NCBI GenBank assembly: GCA_913055825.1
Contig: CAJXKB010000017.1
Coordinates: forward strand, 1-32,000
Source: an uncultured Bacteroidota bacterium
GTDB taxonomy: Bacteria; Bacteroidota; Bacteroidia; Bacteroidales; F082
Length of the DNA stretch: 32,000 bases
Direction of reading: 5' to 3'
Below, piece after piece: positions 1-8,452 of the stretch. The stretch's first letter is position 1; each line of letters opens with the position of its first letter. Below the pieces are notes generated by a model that saw only the letters and a list, made by a program, of their open reading frames with translations, was not told the DNA's origin and ran no database searches. Both the position numbers and the translations under genes were made by a program.

Positions 1-26
1 GCTTTTTAAGGTAGCAAAAAAAGGAA

Positions 27-68
27 GTCCACTGTAAATGATTGAATTTCAGTGGGCTTTTATTTTTG
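27..68 (+). terminator. Rho-independent terminator-like hairpin, probably closing a + strand gene that ends before the window
   Basis: 8-bp stem GTCCACTG (27-34) / CAGTGGGC (50-57), including one G-U pair, with a 15-nt loop, followed by the T-rich run TTTTATTTTT (58-67). Confidence 0.45.
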
Positions 69-105
69 CCCCCTGGCAGAAAAGGGTAAAAAAGCGCATA
101 TTCGA

Positions 106-148
106 GGTGGACTAAACGGTGGACTTTTTTTTCGCAAAAAAGTCCACC
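106..148. repeat. GGTGGACT repeat cluster with a perfect 13-bp palindromic hairpin
   Basis: GGTGGACT occurs at 106-113 and 118-125 as direct copies. GGTGGACTTTTTT (118-130) is the exact reverse complement of AAAAAAGTCCACC (136-148), with the 5-nt loop TTCGC. A further AGTCCAC copy lies at 26-32. Confidence 0.6.
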
Positions 149-250
149 GAATAAAGATACTTCTCGCTGTTTTGCAGTACTTAACATTTTGCCCTTTTAC
201 CTCTAAATAATAGTCAGCAAAACGCCAAATACTGCGTTACTCTCGTTTTT

Positions 251-2749
251 GCAATAGTCATCCCGGCGATTTTAGCAGGCCCCCTTAATCTCAAAAACTA
301 CGAATGCCATGTCTTTGACCCTTTCTTACAAAAGACTTTAAAAGTTAGAGTTTTCGTGCAGACTCACATTATTTTGTTAATGTTCATCCATAGTTGACTT
401 TGTCCGGGGTGATATATTATGCAGGGTTTTTAGCCATATTTTCTTAATATTTTCAATGGCTAATTTTACAACTAACTTCATACCGAAGTACGAACCTGGC
501 TGGCTATGGTGTATGAGGTGCTATTGGCAACCGTACTTCCTCATCGCGACAATTGATAATCTCTAATTAATAATTCAGCCGATAAATTCAATTTATTTGC
601 TAGTCTTCGTATCAAAATCACCGGCAGCAATCTGTCCGCTTTTCCTGCCTGTATTTAAAATGTTCAGCCCCGGATTTTTCTGTAATCCAAATGGCATACA
701 ACTGAATTGAAATACTGGTATACTTTTCGATTGAAATAAGCAATTTTATCAAACATTGATGCACAAGTATCAAAAAACATAAAAATAAGTTTGGATATCT
801 CAGCACGCAGAGAAGACCGACATAATCCTGCAATCTCAGACGGAAGTATATTACACGAAGCGGTAAGTATGTATCCTTTCTTGCCCATATATTGGCCGAA
901 CGGTTATCCTGATGCTTGTATTTCAAAGGGAAGAAACCCTATTATCATGACATCTTCATTACCTGGATATGACAACACTATGAACCTTATTTTAAACCCA
1001 AAGCTAGGATTTGACCTAAAACTCCCTTACATAACCAAAGGACTTTCTATAAGCGGATATGGAGCTTGGGACTATAATTACCGCTCCGAAAAACGATTTA
1101 CACAACCATGGGATGCCTATACATACGACAAAACAAATAACACCTATTCAAACCAAAGAAACAGTACCAGTATCCTCAGCGTCATGCAAGATGAACAACT
1201 TACAAACTAGAATACTTATTTTATAAAAATGGCATTTGACCGTAAATTCGGGAAACATAAGATTAATGCATTTGTAGGATATGAACAAACAAATTCAAAC
1301 TGGAAAGAAACCTACGCATATCGTAGAGATTTACTGAGTAGTCAATTGGATCAACTATATACCGGTAGTGACAAAAATCAGATTGGTACCGGATATGCTT
1401 CTCAGGATGGTCGGGAAAGTTTTTTAGCGCGAATGTCATACGATTACAATAGTAAATATTTGGTAGATGTCACACTAAGATATAATGGATCTTTTAATTT
1501 TCCAAAGGAAAAAAGATGGGGGATGTTCCCTTCCGTTTCATTAGGATGGCGAATTTCACAAGAGAAATTTTTCAAAGACAACAATATAAAAAATATAGTT
1601 AACTACCTTAAACTTAGAGCTTCATGGGGTGTTATGGGAAGCGATGATGTAGCCCAATATTATTTCTTAACAAGATACAGGGTAGTCGGGCGAGCTGAAA
1701 ATTACACCTATTTTGGGCCAAATTATTCATTGGCAGAAGCCCTCTATCTTTCTGCCACACCAAACCCTGATATTACATGGGAACGGCAAGACTCGAAAAA
1801 TATCGGATTTGACGCTGCTTTTTTGTCTAGTAAATTAAATATCAGTTTTGATGCGTTTAGATATTTAAGGAAGGATATATTGGCTCAGCGTAACGCCTCT
1901 ATTCCCTTGTACACAGGTTTATCACTCCCCTACGAAAACATTGGCAAATCATTAAACAGAGGTCTCGATTTTTCAATAAATTACAATGAGTATAAATCAA
2001 AAGTAAAGTATCATGTTGGTGCAAATTTCACATTTGCAAAGAGTAAAATAATTTTTGAAGATGAATCTCCCAATACGCCTGATTGGCAAAGAGCTACGGG
2101 CTTTCCAATTGATTCGTGGGTTGTATTCAAAACAAAGGGAATTTATCACACACAAAGTGAAGTGGATGGTTCCCCGCATCTTTCAGGTGCAGGACCTGGT
2201 GATCTTTGGATTGAGGATATAAACGGAGATGGAAATATAACAAACGACGACAAAGTAAGGGTTCCTTATTCAGCTACACCAAAAATTACATTTGGTATTC
2301 CAATAGGTATCCAATACAAAAACTTTAGCTTAGATATGGTTTGGGCCGGTCAGGCTATGGCAAAACAGCTTATATTACCCCAAATGCAGGGTTCCGTGGT
2401 GTCACCTCCCACATGGCTATATAATGGCAGGTGGACAAAAGACAATCCTGATGCCCCTTATCCGAGGGCTTTCAATTACAATGATTACAGAAACTCCGTT
2501 TTTGCTGATTTTTGGCTACGCGATGCTTCCTTTCTCCGTTTGAAATCTGCAATGCTGTCATATACATTCTCTTCTCACTATTTTAAAAAAGTTGGAATCT
2601 CAAAGCTGAAAATTTATATTGTAGGCTTCAATCTCTTTTCAATTGACGGCATGCGTAAATTTGGTGTTGATCCAGAAACGAACAACATTACAGGAATTGC
2701 CTATCCACAAACCCGCATCTTTAAGTGCGGCCTAAATGTTGAACTTTAA
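251..2749 (+). pseudogene. SusC/RagA-family TonB-dependent outer-membrane transporter, decayed (5'-eroded, internal nonsense codons)
   Basis: ORFs 791-1210 and 1229-2749 share one reading frame, separated only by TAG 1208-1210 plus 6 codons. Together they read as a SusC-type barrel (DISARREDRHNP, FGKHKINAFVGYEQ, LRASWGVMG, LRDASFLRLKS, end GLNVEL). The same frame continues upstream across TAA 737-739. Farther upstream only faint plug-like strings appear, in shifting frames (KVRV, L.LSGV, GYGV*GAIGN, YFLIATI). There is no signal peptide, N-terminal extension or intact plug. About 670 codons survive in frame, against roughly 1000-1100 expected for the family. The 5' boundary is approximate. Confidence 0.75.
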
Positions 2750-2762
2750 AAATTTTTGAGCT

Positions 2763-4061
2763 ATGAAAAATATATTATTCACTGTTTTTATTATCACGGG
2801 CCTTCTTTTAACGTCTTGTACAAAAAGCGTTTTAGATAAAGCACCCCTTGATTCATATACTGATCAAAATGTATGGAATGATTTAAGCCTTACTCAAGCT
2901 TTTGCCAATAATCTGTACAATATTTTACCAAACCCCGAGCATAACTGGGACAATACTACAAATCGTACCTGGGCACTATCTTCCGCCTGCGATGAGGCTT
3001 ATAATAAATTTAATAATTATAATGCATCAATAATGAATGCAGGTGAATTTAGTCATGATAATATCGAAATATTTGATATATGGAGCCGTACTGACAAATA
3101 TATACAGGATTGTAATATTTTCTTATCTAAGATAGAAGATGTTCCGGGAGATGCTTCTGAACGAAACCGGCTAAAAGGTGAAGTAACTTTCTTAAGAGCA
3201 TACGCCTATTTTAAATTAATCAGAGATTATGGCGGAGTCCCTTTAATTACAAAACCATTTGATTTAAATAGCGATTTTACCGCAACCCTCTGTTCCTTTG
3301 CCGATTGTGTAAATTTTGTTTGTAACGAACTGGATGCTGCAGCAAAATTATTACCTGTGAATTACAATACTGGTGATGCAAATTTTGGACGGGCAACAAA
3401 AGCCGCTGCAATGGCAATAAAATCCAGAGTTTTACTTTACGATGCCAGCCCACTTTGGAATCCAACTAATGATATGGGTAAATGGCAAAAAGCTTCTTAT
3501 GCGGCAAAGGCAGTTATTGATCTTAATATTTTTCAATTGTATCAAGGAAATTATGCTGATATTTTCACAACCATGAACCCTGAACTGATAATGGTTCGTG
3601 GTATTAACAAAAAAAATATGTGGAGCGCATTTGAGGGTGTTGAAATGTTTTTATCTCCAATTGGCTTTCATGGTAAGGCATCGTTTGCACCGAGCCAGAA
3701 TTTAGTGGATGCATTTGGAACAGCAGACGGAAAGGAAATTACTGATCCAACTTCAGGTTATAATCCACAACACCCTTATCATAACAGGGATCCCCGTTTT
3801 TATGCTGATATCGTTTATGATGGCAGGCCCTATGGACGACCCGGATTTTGCCAGGACAGATATGCTGCCGGACATACTAATGTCGCTGAATTCTATGAAG
3901 GTGGTCTTGACTCGCCACAAGGTTGGGATACATGGAATAATAGTATGACACGTTATACTTTAGTACAAACAAGGGTTTTTCATCAACAAAATTACCTGTT
4001 ACCTATTCCAAGAGAGGAAATCTTACGAACGAACTTAAAACAAAATCCAGGGTATAATTAA
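2763..4061 (+). CDS. SusD/RagB-family nutrient-binding outer-membrane lipoprotein (unusually short, possibly internally deleted)
   Basis: Starts 13 nt after the susC-like stop. Lipoprotein signal MKNILFTVFIITGLLLTSC. SusD-type strings FLRAYAYFKLIRDYGGVPL, RATKAAAMAIKSRVLLY, NRDPRFY and the C-terminal LPIPREEILRTNLKQNPGY. Confidence 0.8.
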   Translation: MKNILFTVFIITGLLLTSCTKSVLDKAPLDSYTDQNVWNDLSLTQAFANNLYNILPNPEHNWDNTTNRTWALSSACDEAYNKFNNYNASIMNAGEFSHDNIEIFDIWSRTDKYIQDCNIFLSKIEDVPGDASERNRLKGEVTFLRAYAYFKLIRDYGGVPLITKPFDLNSDFTATLCSFADCVNFVCNELDAAAKLLPVNYNTGDANFGRATKAAAMAIKSRVLLYDASPLWNPTNDMGKWQKASYAAKAVIDLNIFQLYQGNYADIFTTMNPELIMVRGINKKNMWSAFEGVEMFLSPIGFHGKASFAPSQNLVDAFGTADGKEITDPTSGYNPQHPYHNRDPRFYADIVYDGRPYGRPGFCQDRYAAGHTNVAEFYEGGLDSPQGWDTWNNSMTRYTLVQTRVFHQQNYLLPIPREEILRTNLKQNPGYN

Positions 4062-4104
4062 TCTCATTCAAAATACTCATAACCTTTTTTGTTAATTTTT
4101 CTGC

Positions 4105-4136
4105 GGGGAAAAGACAATTAATATTGTCTTTTCCCC
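4105..4136 (+). terminator. Strong stem-loop terminator downstream of the susD-like gene
   Basis: GGGGAAAAGACAAT (4105-4118) and ATTGTCTTTTCCCC (4123-4136) form a perfect 14-bp stem with loop TAAT, followed by CTTTG. It lies 44 nt after the susD stop. Confidence 0.7.
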
Positions 4137-4198
4137 CTTTGAATAAATTTTGTTAATTTTAACCAAACAATCATTTGACAAACCGGTAATAAATTAAA

Positions 4199-6268
4199 AT
4201 GATTTTACAATCCATCAATAATTCAAGCTTGCTGTTATCTCAACATTCATTGTGTTTCGTTTTGAGAAAATCGGCATTCATGTTAATTCTTCTATTTTTC
4301 ATTGGCATTAACAACAGCTTCGCCCAAACAGAATTTTCCAACCTGAAAAGAGGTAAAAATTGCCTTAATTATTCAGGAAATCCAACCAATGCAACATATC
4401 GAACATCATTGGTATATTCAGACAAGGGCGCTTGGTTTGGTTATGGTTTTCTTGATAAGCCAGTAATAAAAGGGGGATTTTCCGGCCCGTTTTTAATGAC
4501 TGAGCAAGATGGCGTTTGGTTGAGTTCATCTTTAGTGGCTTTAAGTTTATTGGACAAGCAAAAAAATAGCATTATTGATTGGGCTACTTCTTTAGTATAT
4601 CAGAACAGTTATAACAGTCATTTAGAACAGGTTTTTAAAAACAAAAAAATACAAGTTACGCAGCAGCTTGTATTTTTGTCTGGTAACACTGCCATCGAGA
4701 GGACAATTATCACCAATCGCTCACCGCAAACACTCACGCTATTTCCTTTCTACCATGCAAAATTGTTTTTAAACAACATCACACTTGCAAAGGCAGGGAA
4801 TATGTTAAAAATCACTTCATCAAAAAGCATTGCTAAGGGGTATATTCAATTTCCAAACAATACGGCTTCAATAACAATAACAAAGAGCAGCTATTATGCT
4901 TCCATAAAAAAGCTCATTCTACAACCCAATCAATCGGCAAAAATTCTTATTTCACAAACCTTTATTTTCCCCCAATATTCGTGGCAAGCTGAAAAAGAAC
5001 ACATTAAAAAGTCAAATTTCGACACTGTTTTAGAAAAAACCGAAGAAACAAAAGAATGTCAATTATCTTATTTAATTAAGCACAAAAAATCCATCTATAA
5101 AAAGGCTGTTTATTCAAATCTCATAGCAAAACTATTACTGACTTTGCAAAACAATACCAGGACTCCCGCACAAGGTATAAAACATGCCGGACTCTTTCCA
5201 AGTTATCACTACAAATGGTTTCATGGGTTTTGGGCCTGGGATAGTTGGAAGCACGCTGTTGCTGTTGTCAATTACGACCCTGAATTGGCAAAAAACCAAA
5301 TACGTGCAACGTTCGATTATCAAAAATCAAACGGATTTGTTCCCGATTGCATTTACAGGGATACGATAGCCGAACCCGACAATTATCGCAATACAAAACC
5401 TCCCCTTGCCGCTTGGGCAGTTTGGGAAACCTACCGGAAAACGAAAGACACCAATTTTCTAAAGGAGCTATATCCAAAATTAAAAGCTTACCACCTTTGG
5501 TGGTATAAAAATCGCGACCATGACCATGATGGTTTGTGTGAATACGGTTCAACCGACGGCACTTTGATTGCTGCCAAATGGGAGAGCGGGATGGATAATG
5601 CCGTACGTTTTGATTCGAGTAAAATCCTAAAGAATGGGGAAAAGGCGTATTCATTAGACCAGGAAAGTGTTGATTTGAATTCCTATTTATTTGCCGAAGA
5701 TAATTATTTGAGCAAGATGGCCAATGTATTGAATTTGAATAAAGAGGCGGTTAAATGGCATAAAGACGCGGTCATATTAAAGAAAAAGATTCAAACACAG
5801 TTTTGGGACGCCGCTACCGGATGGTTTTACGACAGTAATCTGGCAGGCACGTCTTTGTTATCAAATGATATGGGATGCGAAGGATACATCCCTCTATGGG
5901 CCGGGGTTGCAACAAAAAAGCAGGCCAAAGCCATCGCCAAAAACATGATGGAACCAGCCACTTTTAACACCTTTGTCCCTTTACCCACCCTTGCTGCCAA
6001 TGATCCTAAATTTGCACCCGAGCATGGTTACTGGCGTGGCCCCGTTTGGATCGACCAAAGTTATTTTGCCATTTCGGGTCTGGAAAAATATAATTATACC
6101 AAAGAAGCCAATCAACTATCCATGAAACTTATACATCATGCAAAAGGAGTATTACAAGCGGGCAAACCTGTTCGTGAGAATTATCATCCTGGTACAGGAA
6201 AAGGATTGGGAGCAGTAAATTTCAGTTGGTCTGCAGCCCATTATTTATTATTACTATTAAAAAATTAA
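4199..6268 (+). CDS. Secreted (alpha/alpha)6-barrel glycoside hydrolase, GH63 / trehalase-clan (YgjK / MGH1-like)
   Basis: N-terminal signal-like segment (RKSAFMLILLFFIGINNSFAQ). Clan-typical strings GLFPSYHYKWFHGFWAWDSWKH, NTKPPLAAWAVWETY, DHDGLCEYGS, WESGMDNAVRFD, GYWRGPVWIDQSYF, ENYHPGTGKGLGAVNFSWSAA. An alternative start is ATG 4280. Confidence 0.7.
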   Translation: MILQSINNSSLLLSQHSLCFVLRKSAFMLILLFFIGINNSFAQTEFSNLKRGKNCLNYSGNPTNATYRTSLVYSDKGAWFGYGFLDKPVIKGGFSGPFLMTEQDGVWLSSSLVALSLLDKQKNSIIDWATSLVYQNSYNSHLEQVFKNKKIQVTQQLVFLSGNTAIERTIITNRSPQTLTLFPFYHAKLFLNNITLAKAGNMLKITSSKSIAKGYIQFPNNTASITITKSSYYASIKKLILQPNQSAKILISQTFIFPQYSWQAEKEHIKKSNFDTVLEKTEETKECQLSYLIKHKKSIYKKAVYSNLIAKLLLTLQNNTRTPAQGIKHAGLFPSYHYKWFHGFWAWDSWKHAVAVVNYDPELAKNQIRATFDYQKSNGFVPDCIYRDTIAEPDNYRNTKPPLAAWAVWETYRKTKDTNFLKELYPKLKAYHLWWYKNRDHDHDGLCEYGSTDGTLIAAKWESGMDNAVRFDSSKILKNGEKAYSLDQESVDLNSYLFAEDNYLSKMANVLNLNKEAVKWHKDAVILKKKIQTQFWDAATGWFYDSNLAGTSLLSNDMGCEGYIPLWAGVATKKQAKAIAKNMMEPATFNTFVPLPTLAANDPKFAPEHGYWRGPVWIDQSYFAISGLEKYNYTKEANQLSMKLIHHAKGVLQAGKPVRENYHPGTGKGLGAVNFSWSAAHYLLLLLKN

Positions 6269-6303
6269 TCTGTTATAAAATCAGGATTTTAAACACTCGT
6301 ATT

Positions 6304-8439
6304 ATGAAAAAGTCAGGTCTTCTTTTGATTGTATTAATATTTGCTGTTTTTTTAGTGGCCGGTTGTTCCCCAAACAAAAATGTTCATCGCCAAAAAGTCC
6401 ACACTGCCACAAAAGCAAAAAATCCTCATCGCTTTTTTAAAAAGGCCAATTTAATGGGTTTCGGGGTTTACTATTATCCTGAACAGTGGCCCGAAAAACA
6501 ATGGGAAAGAGATTTAAATAATATTAAAAAATTGGGATTTGAGTTTACCCATTTCGGAGAATTTGCATGGACATTCCTTGAACCCCGCGAAGGAAAATAT
6601 GATTTCAAATGGCTTGACAAAGCTATCAACATTGCAACACAAGCAGGGTTAAAAGTTATTCTATGTACACCAACGCCATGCCCACCCGCATGGATGGCAG
6701 AAAAATACCCCGAAATTTATCTTGTAGATGAAAGTGGACGTAGAAGAAAATTTGGTAATCGGGCAGATGTCTCTCTCACGGATAAAAAATATTTGGAGTT
6801 TGTGGATAAGATGGTTACACAACTTGGTAAAAGATACGGCCATAACAAAAATATTATCGGCTGGCAAATTGATAATGAACCTTATGCTACTCCTGATTAT
6901 AGCCCCTCGTCGAGGAAAGCTTTTCAAAAATGGCTTAAAGAAAAATATGGCAATATTGACAGCCTTAACAAAGTATGGGTAGGCAGTTTCTGGAGCACAC
7001 GTTACAATAATTTCAAACAAATCATTATTCCCAATACATCTTTATATTACGAAGATAAACTAAGTCCACAAGCAGTATTGGATTTTAAAAGATTCACAGC
7101 TGATGCGCAAGCCGGATTTTTGAACAGGCAAGCCGAAATTCTCAGAAAACATATTAGCCCCCGGCAATGGATTACTACAAATTACAGCAACGTGGTGTTT
7201 GATGCGGATCCCAGAAGATCTGACAAATTGGATTTTATTTCTTACACGATGTATCCTGTGAGTGGAAGAAATCCTTTAGGTGGAAATAGTTTTAGGATTG
7301 GCTCGCCTTATCGAATTTCGGAAGCAAATGATTATTACAGATCTATAGATGGAGTTACCGGCGTTATGGAAATGCAACCCGGACAGGTAAACTGGGCTCC
7401 CATCAATCCGCAATTGCTCCCGGGAACAGTACACATGTGGTTAATGCATGCATTTGGCGGCGGCTGTTCTTTTGCCTGCACCTATCGTTACAGGCATCCT
7501 CTGGGTGGAAGTGAAATGTACCATGATGGAATTGTAGGAACTGATGGCGTTACCCTCTCAAGAGGGGGAAAAGAATTTGTGCAAGCCATGAAAGAGATGA
7601 AGACTTTTCGAAGGCTTTACGATTCAACCGCAGTAATGCCCCAAAAAATAGTAAACAGAAAAACTGCTTTCTTGTGGAATCAGGAAAATCTTTGGGATTT
7701 GGAAAATCAAAAACAAACAATCTTCTGGCACACATGGCATCACCGAAATATTTATACTGCTGCCATAAAATCGACCGGGGCCCCAGTGGATTTTATCACT
7801 GAAAAATCCGATTTTTCAAAATACCCCTTTATGGTTGCTCCTGCTTACCAGCTTGTCAATCAAACATTAATTAAAAAATGGTCAAAATATGTTAAAAATG
7901 GTGGGCATTTAATCCTCTCGTGCCGAACAGGAGAAAAAAATAAAAACGGTCATTTTTTTGAAGCAAAATGGAGTGCCCCCATCGTTCCGCTAATTGGGGC
8001 CAATATTGACTTTTTCGATATGCTGGTAAGAGGTGTAAGCGGACATGTTAAAGCCGGAGATAAAACGTATAAGTGGCATACATGGGCAGATATTTTATCC
8101 CCAAAATCCGGAACGGAAGTCATGGCAACCTATACTGACCAGTTTTATAAAGGAAAAGCTGCGGTTGTTACCCAAAAGCTGGGGAAAGGTACGGTAACCT
8201 ATATTGGTGTTGAAAGTGACGATGGAAGATTGGAACGGCAAATTATCCGGACAATTTACAAACGTGCCGGAGTGGAAATAGAAAACTTACCAACAGGCGT
8301 TTATGTTGAATGGAGAGACGGTTTTTATGTAGGCGTAAACTATACAAATAAGGCTGTAAAATTGCCAATACCCAAAGAAAGCAAAATTATTGTTGGTAAA
8401 AATCCATTAAAGCCCGCACAAGCAATAGTTTGGAAATAA
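6304..8439 (+). CDS. GH42 beta-galactosidase, lipoprotein form
   Basis: I moved the start to ATG 6304 (MKKSGLLLIVLIFAVFLVAGC lipobox) because the 6226 start overlaps the preceding gene. GH42 strings YYYPEQWPE, FTHFGEFAWTFLEPREGKYDF, CTPTPCPPAWM, IIGWQIDNEP. Confidence 0.9.
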   Translation: MKKSGLLLIVLIFAVFLVAGCSPNKNVHRQKVHTATKAKNPHRFFKKANLMGFGVYYYPEQWPEKQWERDLNNIKKLGFEFTHFGEFAWTFLEPREGKYDFKWLDKAINIATQAGLKVILCTPTPCPPAWMAEKYPEIYLVDESGRRRKFGNRADVSLTDKKYLEFVDKMVTQLGKRYGHNKNIIGWQIDNEPYATPDYSPSSRKAFQKWLKEKYGNIDSLNKVWVGSFWSTRYNNFKQIIIPNTSLYYEDKLSPQAVLDFKRFTADAQAGFLNRQAEILRKHISPRQWITTNYSNVVFDADPRRSDKLDFISYTMYPVSGRNPLGGNSFRIGSPYRISEANDYYRSIDGVTGVMEMQPGQVNWAPINPQLLPGTVHMWLMHAFGGGCSFACTYRYRHPLGGSEMYHDGIVGTDGVTLSRGGKEFVQAMKEMKTFRRLYDSTAVMPQKIVNRKTAFLWNQENLWDLENQKQTIFWHTWHHRNIYTAAIKSTGAPVDFITEKSDFSKYPFMVAPAYQLVNQTLIKKWSKYVKNGGHLILSCRTGEKNKNGHFFEAKWSAPIVPLIGANIDFFDMLVRGVSGHVKAGDKTYKWHTWADILSPKSGTEVMATYTDQFYKGKAAVVTQKLGKGTVTYIGVESDDGRLERQIIRTIYKRAGVEIENLPTGVYVEWRDGFYVGVNYTNKAVKLPIPKESKIIVGKNPLKPAQAIVWK

Positions 8440-8452
8440 CAAATTTACCATT

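Noticed and set aside
618-926. Minus-strand ORFs 618-926 and 664-888 overlapping the susC remnant.
   Set aside because: They show no recognisable protein features. They lie antisense to sequence that translates as SusC-like on the + strand. They are most simply explained as chance ORFs in AT-rich decaying DNA.
656-1210. The idea that the in-frame TAA/TAG codons in the susC-like gene reflect stop-codon reassignment or programmed read-through.
   Set aside because: TAA and TAG terminate the neighbouring well-conserved genes at their expected ends (susD-like, GH63-like, GH42, the fusion gene, galK, cheB). The susC 5' region also shows frame hopping and a missing N-terminus. Ordinary pseudogenisation is the economical explanation.
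4151-4162. The GTTAA-TT-TTAAC palindrome upstream of the GH63-like gene, considered as another Rex site.
   Set aside because: The half-site spacing (2 nt) differs from the 4-nt core spacing of Rex operators. It is noted only as part of the 13-bp direct-repeat observation.
6226-6303. The N-terminal extension of the GH42 ORF (MVCSPLFIITIKKLICYKIRILNTRI) suggested by the ORF track.
   Set aside because: It overlaps the last 43 nt of the preceding gene and precedes a perfect lipoprotein signal that begins at ATG 6304. The shorter start is far more plausible.
6396-6406. An extra AAAAAGTCCAC copy inside the GH42 coding region, resembling the GTGGACT cluster at 26-148.
   Set aside because: A single 7-mer hit inside a conserved coding sequence (RQKVHTA) is within chance expectation for a 32-kb window.
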